A DNA stretch of 52,593 nucleotides from Klebsiella phage vB_KM5a1_KLB19: the sequence record PP526029.1. One strand, written 5' to 3'. This document shows, piece after piece, positions 10,161 through 20,461 of this stretch (its first letter is position 1; every line of letters begins with the position of its first letter). The notes under the pieces were generated by a model. The model saw only the letters and a program-made list of their open reading frames with translations. It searched no databases and was not told the origin of the DNA. The translations under genes were made by a program, and so were the position numbers.

Positions 10161-10477
10161 AGCGGGCTGTAACGCTGATGTTCAAGCGCCAGCCAACCGA
10201 TCAGGAATTGGAGGATTACGGTTTAACCCGTGAGGATTACGATAATCAAGATCCTGAAATCCTACTTTTCGATGAGTCAATGTATCAGTCATGGGAAACC
10301 TTCTGCGCAATGCAAACCCAATGGCGATCGGCTGGCGCTGGTGCTTACGGCCTGGATTATAATGTGTTGCCTATGCTGTTTCGAATCTATAAAATAGATG
10401 ATGAAGAAATGGCCTTAAATGATATTCGCGTGATGGAAGGGGAAGCCCTAAAAGCAATGCGAAAACTTCAATCATAG
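10157..10477 (+). CDS. tail assembly chaperone -1 frame extension (GT-like, DUF1799-like)
   Basis: LKRAVTL-MFKRQPTDQELEDYG...; open from the slippery site. Confidence 0.75.
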   Translation, partial: LKRAVTLMFKRQPTDQELEDYGLTREDYDNQDPEILLFDESMYQSWETFCAMQTQWRSAGAGAYGLDYNVLPMLFRIYKIDDEEMALNDIRVMEGEALKAMRKLQS

Positions 10478-10497
10478 CGCCTTCGGGCGCTTTTTTT
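10476..10497 (+). terminator. terminator hairpin overlapping the chaperone ORF end
   Basis: AGCGCC-TTCG-GGCGCTTTTTTT. Confidence 0.8.
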
Positions 10498-10510
10498 ATA
10501 TGGGGGTTTT

Positions 10511-13210
10511 ATGACCGACCAATACGCAGGTTTGACCCTGGGCGTTGACGTTTCCCAGGTAGACAAGGCGGTTAAATCTCTGGACGCATTCGCAGAGGCG
10601 AACGACAGAGCCGCTAAGGGCGTTGAGAGCTTCGTTGATGAGGAACAGGTTGCACGCCAGAAGGCCAAAGAGTTCGGCAACGAATTGAAGAAGCAGGCAA
10701 AAGAGTTCAAAAACGTTGAGGCGGCTATTGATCCCACCTTTGCCAAAATGCAGAAGTTGCGCGGCGCGGCGGAGCAATTAGACCAACTCTGGAAAGCGGG
10801 AGTTGTGCCAGATGAGAAATTCTTTATTCTGGGCGAGATCATCGAAAACCAGACCGTAGCACTCAATAAATCTCGCGCAGCGCTGACGGAAGAGGGTAAG
10901 GCAGCAGCAGAGAACGCCAGGAAGAAGGCTACGGCTCAACGCGAAGCTGACAGCTTCATCAAGCAACTGACGGCGCAGGCCAACGCAGCAACGATGACCA
11001 AAAACGAACTTCTCGAACTTCGGGCGGCGGAGTTGGGAGTTACGGCGCAGGCGGCACCATTGATCGCATCGCTCAACAAGCAAACAAGTGCGCTGAATCT
11101 TTCCGGCCTTTCGGCTGGGCAGTATTCCCAGGCGATGCGAATGCTTCCGGCGCAGATTACGGACGTTGCAACATCACTTGCAGGCGGTATGCCGATTTGG
11201 TTAGTGGCGATACAGCAGGGCGGGCAGATTAAGGACTCATTCGGCGGCGTGGCGAACACGTTCAAAGTTTTGTTGTCTTTCCTTAATCCGGTTAACGTTG
11301 GGATTGCGGCTACGGTTGGCGCGCTGGGCACGCTGATTTATGCAGTAGTCAAGGCCAAGAGCGAGATCACAGCGGCGCAAAAGGAAGTAACTGAAACGCT
11401 GGGGATGGCGGGTGATTACGCTGATAAGCTGGCGTTAAACCTCCGCAACATTTCACAGGCCGCAGGAGAGACAACCGCCGAAACAGCAAAGACTTTCATC
11501 ACAACGAAAGACAGCGCAGAGCAGGCGATTGAAAAGCTTATTGATGTTGGCTTTAGTTACGACGAAGCGCGCCGTAAGGTTGAAACTTACAAAGGATCAT
11601 CTAACTTCACCAACCTTAACGCCGACATTGAAGAGCACCGCTTACAGGTATTAGGCCTTAAAGACGCATGGAGTGACGCAGCGGAAGAGGTGAAAAACTA
11701 CTACACTGGAGCGAAGGAGGGCAAGCAAAGTGTTGCTTTGGGTGGTGCGATTGATCCTATTATGCGCATTATCGAAAACGCAAAGAACTTGCAGAAGGAA
11801 ACGAACCAGGCTCGAATTGAAGGTAACAAGATTGTTAACGACACAATCAATTCAATTAACAAAGAGTACCTGGCATCGAACAAGATCGCAGCGGCGGAAA
11901 AGGCGATTGTAGACGCGAAGAAGCAGGCTAAAATAATTTCACAATCCGGCAATGATGTTGCCATCAAGCAGGCCAACGAGCTTGTCAAGATTCGTGAAAA
12001 GGAGTTGAAGCAGGCGCAGGACGCGGAAGCGAAACGCAACAAGCCAAAGAAAACATCAACGGGTGCGATCACCAAATCGCCAACCGAACAGCTTGATCGT
12101 GAGCTTTACACTCTGAAAGCGCAACTTGTGGTTATGCAGCAACACGCGAACATCAACGACAAGATCAGCAACCAGAGAAAGGCGCTATGGGCTACAGAGG
12201 CACAAATTACCGTGCTTAAAGATACCCAGAGCAAACGAGCGCTAACCAACGATGAAAAGGCGTTGTTAGCGAGTCAAGAGAAAGTGCTTGAACTTGCAAA
12301 GCAGAAAGCGGAGTTAGGCGATCAGATTTTGCAGCAAGAGCAGTTAAACGCGCTGAATGACCAATCGTTGAAATTCGTCATGCAAATGAACGAAAGCACG
12401 AAGGCGCTGAACGACTCGCGAGCGATGGGCAACCGTGAAGCAGAAAGGGCGGCAGAGCGTGCGAGAATCACCTCTGATTACCTTAAAAACGGCGGCGGCG
12501 CTGACGATGAGAATCTCAAGAAAATGATTCAAGCCCAGGATGAATACTACGCCGCAGAAGATGCCAAGCGTGCTGATTGGTTAGCTGGGGCGCAAAACGC
12601 CTTTGCCAACTATGGTGACGCGGCAACGGATATGTATTCAAACGTAGGCAGCATCGCAACCAATGCGCTTAACGGAATGTCAGATATGATGACCGATTTC
12701 CTCATGACGGGGCAGGCCAACTTTGCAGACTTCGCGAAGTCAATCATTAGCCAGATCATTAAAATGATCACGCAGATGGTTATTTTCAACAGCATTTCCG
12801 GCATGATGGGCGGCGGCGGTGGTTTCTCATTCGCTAAAGGATCATACGCAACTGGAGGCTACACTGGCGACGGCGGCAAGTATGCGCCAGCGGGCGTGGT
12901 TCACCGTGGCGAGTTCGTTATGACGAAGGAGGCAACGAAGAGAATCGGTGTTGATAATCTTTATCGAATGATGCGCGGCTATGCTTCTGGCGGTTTGGTT
13001 GGTGGTTCTGGTTCCGGCGTTTCTGGCACCAATCAGAGCAGCGGGCTTTTGTTGAACATTGGCAGCATTCCGGTTAACATCAATAACGGAAGCGATCCGG
13101 CAGGGATGGAGCAAGGGATCAGGATGATTGTTACGCAGATGATGACGGAAGCTTGCGCGCAGGGTGGCGAAATCAATCGGTTTGTAAATGCTAAAATGGG
13201 GAACGGTTAA
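10511..13210 (+). CDS. tail tape measure protein
   Basis: 899 aa, long coiled-coil plus hydrophobic segment, TAKSII... and GGYTGDGGKYAPAGVVHRGEFVMTKEATKRIG. Confidence 0.95.
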   Translation: MTDQYAGLTLGVDVSQVDKAVKSLDAFAEANDRAAKGVESFVDEEQVARQKAKEFGNELKKQAKEFKNVEAAIDPTFAKMQKLRGAAEQLDQLWKAGVVPDEKFFILGEIIENQTVALNKSRAALTEEGKAAAENARKKATAQREADSFIKQLTAQANAATMTKNELLELRAAELGVTAQAAPLIASLNKQTSALNLSGLSAGQYSQAMRMLPAQITDVATSLAGGMPIWLVAIQQGGQIKDSFGGVANTFKVLLSFLNPVNVGIAATVGALGTLIYAVVKAKSEITAAQKEVTETLGMAGDYADKLALNLRNISQAAGETTAETAKTFITTKDSAEQAIEKLIDVGFSYDEARRKVETYKGSSNFTNLNADIEEHRLQVLGLKDAWSDAAEEVKNYYTGAKEGKQSVALGGAIDPIMRIIENAKNLQKETNQARIEGNKIVNDTINSINKEYLASNKIAAAEKAIVDAKKQAKIISQSGNDVAIKQANELVKIREKELKQAQDAEAKRNKPKKTSTGAITKSPTEQLDRELYTLKAQLVVMQQHANINDKISNQRKALWATEAQITVLKDTQSKRALTNDEKALLASQEKVLELAKQKAELGDQILQQEQLNALNDQSLKFVMQMNESTKALNDSRAMGNREAERAAERARITSDYLKNGGGADDENLKKMIQAQDEYYAAEDAKRADWLAGAQNAFANYGDAATDMYSNVGSIATNALNGMSDMMTDFLMTGQANFADFAKSIISQIIKMITQMVIFNSISGMMGGGGGFSFAKGSYATGGYTGDGGKYAPAGVVHRGEFVMTKEATKRIGVDNLYRMMRGYASGGLVGGSGSGVSGTNQSSGLLLNIGSIPVNINNGSDPAGMEQGIRMIVTQMMTEACAQGGEINRFVNAKMGNG

Positions 13211-13212
13211 TC

Positions 13213-13560
13213 ATGGCACTTGATGTTTTTAAATGGTGCGTGCAGGTGCAAAACGGTGGCGGCGTTATGTCCGTCACCAACAATGATCGTGAGGTGCAAT
13301 TCGGCAATGGTTTTCGCCAGGTTGCATCATCCGGCTTTAACACCGAGCGGCGCGAATACCAGATCACATACTTCGGCAAGGATTGGCAGGCGGTGCGAAA
13401 ATTCCTACGGGATCACAGATTGAAGCCTTTCGCGTTTACGCCTCCGAGCGACACGATCGGCATCTTCCTTTTGAAGCCGGACACGTTAAGCACCTCACCG
13501 ATCGCAAACGGTCAACTTGAAGTAAAATGCGCTATTGTGGAACAGTTCACAGCAGCGTAA
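13213..13560 (+). CDS. minor tail protein (lambda M-like)
   Basis: 115 aa; EVQFGNGF.Q....G......Y.ITYFGKDW. Confidence 0.8.
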   Translation: MALDVFKWCVQVQNGGGVMSVTNNDREVQFGNGFRQVASSGFNTERREYQITYFGKDWQAVRKFLRDHRLKPFAFTPPSDTIGIFLLKPDTLSTSPIANGQLEVKCAIVEQFTAA

Positions 13561-13565
13561 AATAA

Positions 13566-13590
13566 AAGCCTCCTTATGGGGGCTTTTTTA
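13566..13590 (+). terminator. terminator hairpin
   Basis: AAAGCCTCCTTATGGGGGCTTTTTTA. Confidence 0.75.
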
Positions 13591-13605
13591 TTGGAGGTCA
13601 AAATC

Positions 13606-14367
13606 ATGGCTATGTCTCCCGCATTTGTTAACTGCCTGCAATCACTTTACCCAGGCGAGATACTAACGCTTGTCGAAGTTGATGGCACCAAGTTTGGCGC
13701 GCAGGTCTACCGCTTCCACGGTGAAAATATCCAGTTCACGCCGGAAGAAATTCTTGCAGCAACGCAGGGCGGAACGCTGCAACCAAAAACAATCATGTTC
13801 CAGGGCAACGAATACGGCGCGCGCCCGTTCGGTATTTCTGGGATCAGCTTCAATGGCAACGGCAAGGCCGGAAAGCCGCAACTGACGCTATCGAATATTG
13901 ACAGCCGCGTTTCTGCGCTCATCCGATCGTATAACGGAATGATGCAAGCGAAGGTCAACATCTGGATTACCCAGCGCGAGCTATTGGGCGAAGATGGCAA
14001 CGTTTCACCAGGCGACTTCCGAAAGCTGACGTATTACATTGAGCGCCCCAACTTTGTTGATCCGAGCCTTGCCCGCTTCGATTTAACATCGCCTTACGAT
14101 ATGGATGGGATCATGATTCCGCCACGCATCACGCAAAGCGTTTGTTTCTGGGCGCAGCGCGGATGGTATCGTTCCGGCAGAGGTTGCGACTACAACGGCA
14201 ATAAGTATTTCGACAAAGACAATAACCCTGTAAGCGATCCATCGCAGGACGTTTGCGCGGGAACTGTTACCGCCTGCAAGCTTCGCAACGGCGGTAAGAA
14301 TGGCACAGAGTTTGAATTACCTTTCGGCGGCTGTGCGGTTGCTTCACTGATGAGGAAAAACCAATGA
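13606..14367 (+). CDS. minor tail protein (lambda L-like)
   Basis: C-rich C-terminus (GCDYNGNKYFD...CKLRNG...ELPFGGCAVAS) typical of L. Confidence 0.85.
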   Translation: MAMSPAFVNCLQSLYPGEILTLVEVDGTKFGAQVYRFHGENIQFTPEEILAATQGGTLQPKTIMFQGNEYGARPFGISGISFNGNGKAGKPQLTLSNIDSRVSALIRSYNGMMQAKVNIWITQRELLGEDGNVSPGDFRKLTYYIERPNFVDPSLARFDLTSPYDMDGIMIPPRITQSVCFWAQRGWYRSGRGCDYNGNKYFDKDNNPVSDPSQDVCAGTVTACKLRNGGKNGTEFELPFGGCAVASLMRKNQ

Positions 14368-15086
14368 TTCACCCTAAAATCAAGATGGCTATTTTTGAGC
14401 ACGCCAAAGAAGAATATCCCCGCGAGTGTTGCGGGGTTGTCACCCAGAAAGGCCGCGTGCAGAAATATTGGCGAGTGGATAACGTGAGCAAAGACCCTGA
14501 AAACCATTTTCAAATGGATGCGGTACAGTACGCCTGCATTGAGGATGACGCTGAGCTAACCACGATCGCCATTGTTCACAGTCATTGCGGCGACGGAGCA
14601 ACAACGCTTCCCAGCGCGCATGACACCTGCATCATGAATGAAATGCAAGTGCCCTGGGTTATTGTTAGTTTGCCGGAAGGTGATTTGCGGATTTGCGAGC
14701 CGAAAGACATCCCCCTGATCGGTCGCCCGTGGTCGCTGGGTTCGTATGATTGCTGGGGGCTGGTGATGGCCTGGCACAAAGAGCACGGCGTTGAATTGAA
14801 CGACTTCCGCAAGCCTTACGAATGGTGGAAGCCGGAGCACGGCGAAAACCTTTACTTTGACAACTACATCAAAGAGGGCTTCATTGAAACTGGCAAGGCA
14901 CCAGAGGCAGGCGATATGGTGATCTTTCAGCTACAGGCCGAAGTTTGGAACCATGCAGGCATTTACGTTGGCGACAACCAAATCCTTCATCACGCCTTCT
15001 GTAAGCTGTCAAAGACGGATATTTATTCCGGCTGGTATCAAGAGCACACAAAAATGATTTGCCGACACAAGGATCTGAAACTATGA
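14364..15086 (+). CDS. tail assembly protein (lambda K-like, Mov34/NlpC-P60)
   Basis: JAB motif VHSHCG..., NlpC motif SYDCWGLVMAWH, H at DNQILHH. Confidence 0.9.
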   Translation: MIHPKIKMAIFEHAKEEYPRECCGVVTQKGRVQKYWRVDNVSKDPENHFQMDAVQYACIEDDAELTTIAIVHSHCGDGATTLPSAHDTCIMNEMQVPWVIVSLPEGDLRICEPKDIPLIGRPWSLGSYDCWGLVMAWHKEHGVELNDFRKPYEWWKPEHGENLYFDNYIKEGFIETGKAPEAGDMVIFQLQAEVWNHAGIYVGDNQILHHAFCKLSKTDIYSGWYQEHTKMICRHKDLKL

Positions 15087-15682
15087 ACATTGTAAAAACA
15101 ATCAAGCTTTCTGGCTCCCTGGGGAAACGCTTCGGCGTTTTCCACAAGTTAGCCGTTGACTCATACCCCGAAGCGATTCGGGCGCTATCCTCCCAAGTTG
15201 AAGGATTCAAAGAGTTTATGACGAGCGAGATCGGATCACGCATGAACTTTGCAATTTTCGTTGATGGCAAAAACATTGGCGAACACGATGAGCAAAACTT
15301 TGCTTGCGCCCGTGAGGTTCGGATTATTCCAGTGCCAACGGGATCGAAGAATGGCGGGCTTTTTCAAATTGTTGTTGGTGCGGTGATGATGGTTGCAGCA
15401 TTCTACACTGGCGGCGCATCGCTGGCGCTAATGGGAACGTTTGCAACGTCTGCCTTCATGATGGGCGGCGCGATGGTTCTGGGTGGTGTTATGCAGATGA
15501 TTTCACCGCAGCAGGGCGGCGCAAAGATGGAAATTCAGAGCAGCAAAAATAGGCCTTCTTATGCCTTCGGCGGCGCGGTGAATACCACGGCGGCTGGCAA
15601 TCCGATCCCGTTACCATATGGGAAGCGAACGGTTGGCGGCGCTGTATTTTCGGCGGCGAGTATGGCAGAAGATATGGTGTAA
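15083..15682 (+). CDS. tail assembly protein (lambda I-like)
   Basis: MNIVKTIKLSGSLGKRFG...; overlaps the K-like gene end. Confidence 0.85.
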   Translation: MNIVKTIKLSGSLGKRFGVFHKLAVDSYPEAIRALSSQVEGFKEFMTSEIGSRMNFAIFVDGKNIGEHDEQNFACAREVRIIPVPTGSKNGGLFQIVVGAVMMVAAFYTGGASLALMGTFATSAFMMGGAMVLGGVMQMISPQQGGAKMEIQSSKNRPSYAFGGAVNTTAAGNPIPLPYGKRTVGGAVFSAASMAEDMV

Positions 15683-15689
15683 TTCAAAG

Positions 15690-15711
15690 CCCGCCTTGCG
15701 CGGGTTTTTTT
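15690..15711 (+). terminator. Rho-independent terminator
   Basis: GCCCGCCTTGCGCGGGTTTTTTT. Confidence 0.8.
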
Positions 15712-15718
15712 ACGCCTG

Positions 15719-15753
15719 TATAATGAAACTTCACTAAATAGCACGAAAGGTTA
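15719..15753 (+). promoter_or_regulatory. promoter with downstream palindromic box for J-like gene
   Basis: TATAAT 15719-15724; box variant TAGCACGAAAGGTTA 15739-15753 at about +9 to +23. Confidence 0.55.
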
Positions 15754-15759
15754 AGCACT

Positions 15760-18700
15760 ATGAAAAATAACATGATAGTGACAGGCCGGAAGGGTGGAAG
15801 CAGCAAGCCGAAAACCCCAAAGGAAATGGAAGATAATTTAATCTCCATTAACAAAATCAAGGTATTGCTAGCCGTTTCAGATGGCGAGTGCGATCCAGAT
15901 TTCTCGCTGAAAGATCTGTATTTGAATGACGTTCCGGTGATCGCGCCATCCGGCGAAGAGAACTACAAGGGAATCATTGCAGAGTTTCGCCCAGGTACGC
16001 AGACGCAGGATTACATTAAGGGCTTCACCGACACCGCCAGCGAAATTACAGTTTCGCGAGTGATTAAGGCCGATAACCCTTACATCATCGCCGTTACCAA
16101 TAAAACGCTTTCGGCTATCAGAATCAAGATCCTTGCCCCGCGCATGTTATACACCGAATCCGATGGCGATATGGTTGGCACCAAAGTTGAATACGCGGTT
16201 GATATGGCGATTGATGGCGCAACTTATCAGCAGGTGTTTAAAGACACGATCGACGGAAAAACAATGTCGGGTTACGACAGAAGCAAGCGCGTAGACCTGC
16301 CAGCTTTCAACGATCAAGTGTTGCTGCGAGTTCGCCGCATTACGGCTGATTCAACGGATGCGCGCCGCGTTGATGAAATCCAGGTTCAGTCTTACGCCGA
16401 AGTGATTGATGCCAAGTTCCGCTATCCCCTGACGGGTTTAGTTTACGTTGAGTTTGATTCTGAAATGTTCCCGCAGATGCCGAACATTTCCGTTAAAAAG
16501 AAATGGAAACTTGTTAACGTTCCGAGCAACTACAACCCTGTTTTGCGCGAATACGTTGGCACATGGGATGGCGTATTCAAAAAGGCGTGGACGAATAACC
16601 CAGCGTGGGTGCTGTACGATTTGATCACCAATCAGCGCTACGGACTCGATCAAAGAGAGTTAGGCATCGCGGTTGATAAGTGGAGCCTTTACGACGCAGG
16701 CCGATATTGTGATCAGATGGTTCCAGACGGCAAGGGCGGAACAGAGCCGCGCTATCTTTGTGATGTGGTTATTCAGTCGCAGATTGAAGCGTATAACCTC
16801 GTGCGCGATATTTGCTCAATCTTCCGAGGTATGAGCTTTTGGAACGGTGAAAGCCTTTCCATCGTGATTGACAGGCCGCGCGAAGCGTCTTACATCTTCA
16901 CGAATGACAACGTGGTTAATGGTTCATTCTCCTACACTTTCGCCAGTGAAAAGAGCATGTACACCACTTGCAACGTGACGTTTGACGATGAACAAAACAT
17001 GTATCAACAGGACGTTGAAGGCGTTTTTGATCTGGAAGCCTCCGTGCGATTCGGGCACAACCCGACGAGCATCACGGCGATCGGATGCACCCGCCGAAGC
17101 GAAGCAAACCGCCGAGGGCGCTGGATTCTGAAAACGAACTTGCGCAGCACAACGGTTAACTTTGCAACTGGTCTGGAGGGGATGATTCCGATGATTGGCG
17201 ACGTGATCGCAATTGAGGACAACCACTGGAGCAGCGGCAACAAGCTTTCTTTATCCGGTCGAGCGATGGAAGTTAGCGGCCTGCAAGTGTTTACTCACTT
17301 CCGAGTTGATGCGCGCCCAGGTGATTTCATCATCGTAAACAAGCCTGATGGTAATCCGGTTCGCCGCACGATTTCGAACGTATCGGCAGACGGCAAAACG
17401 ATTATGTTGAACGTTGGTTTCGGGTTTGATGTTAAGCCGAACGCAGTTTTCGCCATTGACCGCACAGACGTTACTTTGCAGCAGTACGTTGTTACGCAGA
17501 TCAGCAAGGGCGATGGAAGCGATGAGTTTTGCTATTCAATCACGGCGGTTGAGTACGACCCGAACAAATACGACGAAATCGACTACGGCGTAAATATTGA
17601 TGACCGACCGACAAGCATCGTTGATCCCGACAACATGCAGCCGCCTAAAAACATTCGCGTTTCGTCTTACTCGCGAGTTGTCCAGGGTATGAGCGTTGAA
17701 ACGATGGTTATCGGATGGGATAAGGCACCGTATGCGAGCACCTATGATGTGCAATGGCGCAAGGATAATGGCAACTGGAACAACGTTCCGCGCACCGCAA
17801 ACAGTGAAGTTGAGATCGAAGGAATTTACTCAGGCAACTATCACGTGCGCGTGCGGTCAATCTCAAGCGGCGATAATATGTCTCCGTGGTCTGCGGTTGT
17901 ATCGGTTGGATTGACGGGAAAAGTTGGTGAGCCAGCAACGCCAATTAACCTGACAGCTACGGATAACGAAGTGTTTGGGATTCGCGTTAAGTGGGGGATG
18001 CCTACTGGATCAGAGGACACGGCCTATATTGAGTTGCACCAATCGCCTGACGGCACGGCGCAGAATGCAAGCCTGTTAACTATGATTCCTTACCCGCAGT
18101 ATGAATACTGGCATTCAATACTTCCGGCTGGCTTCGTTGATTGGTATCGAATCCGCAGTGTTGACAGGATCGGGAACGTTTCGCAATGGACAAAGTTTGT
18201 GCGCGGCATGGCCTCTGATGACGTTGATCAGATCATGGATGTAATCAAGATTGACATTGAAAACTCCGAAGGGTTCAAGGAGCTTGCAGAAAGCACTATC
18301 GACAGCGCAAACAAGATTCGTGAGCAGGCGCAAACTGATATTCAGAACGCGCTGGCTAACGATTACAATCTGATCTGGACTCGTAAGCAGAACGGCAACC
18401 GAAAGGCCGAATACGGCAAGGCAGTTGAGCTTATCGCTACAGAAACAGAGGCGCGAGTTGCAGCAATCGAAGAGCTTAGGGCGAGCATTGGCGACGATAT
18501 CCAAGGGCAGATCATCACGCTACGCGAGGCGATCGCAACCGAGGAAGAAGCGCGAGTGAAAGCGGTTCAACAGCTTGATGTGAAATTCACAAACGGCCTG
18601 GCAAGTGCAAACGCGAACATCGGAAGGCTTGATGAGGCGGTTGTTAACGAGCAGCAGGCGCGGGCGCAGGCGATCACCTCGCTTGATACGAAATTCACAA

Positions 18701-19362
18701 AACAGGTTGGCGATCTGCGAACTGAAACGCAAGCGGCTATCACCCGCGTTGACAAGGCAATTGCAGACGAGGCGAGCGCGCGAGCAACGGCGATCACTCA
18801 AGTTGAAGCCAAGACAACAACGGCGCAGAATACCGCGAACAACGCAAACACGGCGGCTGGTAATGCACAGAACACAGCAAACCAGGCGGCAGCAACGGCA
18901 AGCCAGAAACTTGACTCATGGATTGATAACGGTTCTATTGGCGCTAGCTACACCTTGAAGCTGGGGATTAAACGCGGTGGAGTTGAGTACAACGCAGGGA
19001 TGAATATGCAGCTTGTAGGAACGGCAGCAGCACCGAAAGCGCAAATGCTGTTTGATGTTGACCGCTTCGCAGTGGGCAGAATCAGCGGCGGAACGCTGGC
19101 GCAATTCCCGTTTGTTATCGAAGGGGCGCAAGTATTCATGCAGTCTGCTTTCATCAAGGATGGCACGATCACAAACGCGAAAATAGGTAACGTTATTCAG
19201 TCAAACAACTATGTTGCAGGTCAGACAGGTTGGAAGATTGACAAAAACGGAAACTTTGAGCTTAACGGCAAGGCTGGCACAGGCCGGATGGTAATTAGCA
19301 ACAACATCATCCAGATCTATGACGCAAACAACCGCCTTCGTGTTCGTATGGGATTGTGGTAA
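15760..19362 (+). CDS. tail tip / host specificity protein (lambda J-like)
   Basis: 1200 aa; FNIII-like segments; J-like GLERKR..., long Ala-rich coiled-coil C-terminal region. Confidence 0.9.
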   Translation: MKNNMIVTGRKGGSSKPKTPKEMEDNLISINKIKVLLAVSDGECDPDFSLKDLYLNDVPVIAPSGEENYKGIIAEFRPGTQTQDYIKGFTDTASEITVSRVIKADNPYIIAVTNKTLSAIRIKILAPRMLYTESDGDMVGTKVEYAVDMAIDGATYQQVFKDTIDGKTMSGYDRSKRVDLPAFNDQVLLRVRRITADSTDARRVDEIQVQSYAEVIDAKFRYPLTGLVYVEFDSEMFPQMPNISVKKKWKLVNVPSNYNPVLREYVGTWDGVFKKAWTNNPAWVLYDLITNQRYGLDQRELGIAVDKWSLYDAGRYCDQMVPDGKGGTEPRYLCDVVIQSQIEAYNLVRDICSIFRGMSFWNGESLSIVIDRPREASYIFTNDNVVNGSFSYTFASEKSMYTTCNVTFDDEQNMYQQDVEGVFDLEASVRFGHNPTSITAIGCTRRSEANRRGRWILKTNLRSTTVNFATGLEGMIPMIGDVIAIEDNHWSSGNKLSLSGRAMEVSGLQVFTHFRVDARPGDFIIVNKPDGNPVRRTISNVSADGKTIMLNVGFGFDVKPNAVFAIDRTDVTLQQYVVTQISKGDGSDEFCYSITAVEYDPNKYDEIDYGVNIDDRPTSIVDPDNMQPPKNIRVSSYSRVVQGMSVETMVIGWDKAPYASTYDVQWRKDNGNWNNVPRTANSEVEIEGIYSGNYHVRVRSISSGDNMSPWSAVVSVGLTGKVGEPATPINLTATDNEVFGIRVKWGMPTGSEDTAYIELHQSPDGTAQNASLLTMIPYPQYEYWHSILPAGFVDWYRIRSVDRIGNVSQWTKFVRGMASDDVDQIMDVIKIDIENSEGFKELAESTIDSANKIREQAQTDIQNALANDYNLIWTRKQNGNRKAEYGKAVELIATETEARVAAIEELRASIGDDIQGQIITLREAIATEEEARVKAVQQLDVKFTNGLASANANIGRLDEAVVNEQQARAQAITSLDTKFTKQVGDLRTETQAAITRVDKAIADEASARATAITQVEAKTTTAQNTANNANTAAGNAQNTANQAAATASQKLDSWIDNGSIGASYTLKLGIKRGGVEYNAGMNMQLVGTAAAPKAQMLFDVDRFAVGRISGGTLAQFPFVIEGAQVFMQSAFIKDGTITNAKIGNVIQSNNYVAGQTGWKIDKNGNFELNGKAGTGRMVISNNIIQIYDANNRLRVRMGLW

Positions 19363-19365
19363 TAA

Positions 19366-19392
19366 AAAAGGAGCCGAAAGGCTCCTTTTATT
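19366..19392. terminator. bidirectional terminator
   Basis: AAAAAAGGAGCC-GAAA-GGCTCCTTTTA between convergent genes. Confidence 0.8.
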
Positions 19393-19725
19393 TTAGATGA
19401 TTTTGTTTGGATCAGGTAAGTAACGGGAAGTCTGTGATGCGATCATGTCATCGCGCCCCATCTTTCCTTTGCCAAAGGCGAACTTCATGGAGTAGTTGCC
19501 CTGGTCTTTGTAGCACATCACGCTAACGTTTTTGCGAAGGTGCTTATCGAAAATCACGTTGCTTGATTCCTGAATGGTGATTTCTTTATTCTGGCAATCA
19601 AGATTAAAAGTAACCTCACCAGTTAGTGAGAGGCGGCTTGCATCAACAGGATAGCCAATATTAATGTTTAAAGCCATAGCATTTAAAGGCAGCAGGAAGA
19701 GCGCAGCGAGCATGATTTTTTTCAT
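19393..19725 (-). CDS. secreted/periplasmic protein, candidate superinfection-exclusion (Cor-like by position)
   Basis: signal peptide MKKIMLAALFLLPLNAMA, two Cys in mature part; sits directly after the J-like gene with its own box promoter. Confidence 0.5.
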   Translation of the reverse strand: MKKIMLAALFLLPLNAMALNINIGYPVDASRLSLTGEVTFNLDCQNKEITIQESSNVIFDKHLRKNVSVMCYKDQGNYSMKFAFGKGKMGRDDMIASQTSRYLPDPNKII

Positions 19726-19799
19726 TTGCATTTCCTTGTTTCGTTAAGTTGAAATGAGTATAGCCCCATTTGCGGGGCTTGTTTTAGCAATTCGTGCGG

Positions 19800-20453
19800 T
19801 TAGTTGTAACCCTGGAATTTCGCGTATGGTATTTTGAGGTTTCCTCGCCCGTTAAAGATTTCAGAGAAAGATCGCTGGTTTCTTCTGATCCAGTATGTCT
19901 GCAACTGCGATCCCGTCCAGCGCATTAGGTTGCCGGAATAACCCTGCGTTTCTCCGTCGTCGCTCCATTCACCGTAGCAGGCATCCCAGAGAAAGAAGGG
20001 GTTAAAACCTGGAGTCACGGAGGCAACGTTAGCCTCAAGATTGAAAGACGCTGGAACGTCAAGGAATCCCATTATTCGAGGCATTGTTGCGGCGCTGGCA
20101 GCAGTCCAAACAAGATTACCGGAAGCGTCGAATACGTCGAGGTAGCCTGACGCAAGCGCCTTGTTTCTCGAAGTCCTGATTATCCTGATTGCGTTAGTGC
20201 TAAACATATCCGCGCCAGGGTAGCCCCACTGGTTATTACCTGTAAACTGAATCCAGGTTAGAAAACCATCCTTGCGCTTATCACCATCGCGAAGATTGCC
20301 AAGGGCTTTAACGTCGCCAAATGGCGTGCTTAGGCTGTAAGCCCCAACGTCAATTAGCGGCTGCGGAGTGTAGACGGAATCAAAGATCGTATGCTTTTGA
20401 TCGGAGTTGATCAGGACAACGCCCGCGTTATTAAGTACCTCAAAGCCTGACAT
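19800..20453 (-). CDS. tail-associated protein
   Basis: 217 aa beta-rich phage tail-type sequence next to J. Confidence 0.5.
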   Translation of the reverse strand: MSGFEVLNNAGVVLINSDQKHTIFDSVYTPQPLIDVGAYSLSTPFGDVKALGNLRDGDKRKDGFLTWIQFTGNNQWGYPGADMFSTNAIRIIRTSRNKALASGYLDVFDASGNLVWTAASAATMPRIMGFLDVPASFNLEANVASVTPGFNPFFLWDACYGEWSDDGETQGYSGNLMRWTGSQLQTYWIRRNQRSFSEIFNGRGNLKIPYAKFQGYN

Positions 20454-20461
20454 AAAGCCCC

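Noticed and set aside
11701-12075. Minus-strand ORFs within the tape measure gene (also 10468-10866, 10778-11083)
   Set aside because: Antisense to a long confident CDS, no RBS/promoter
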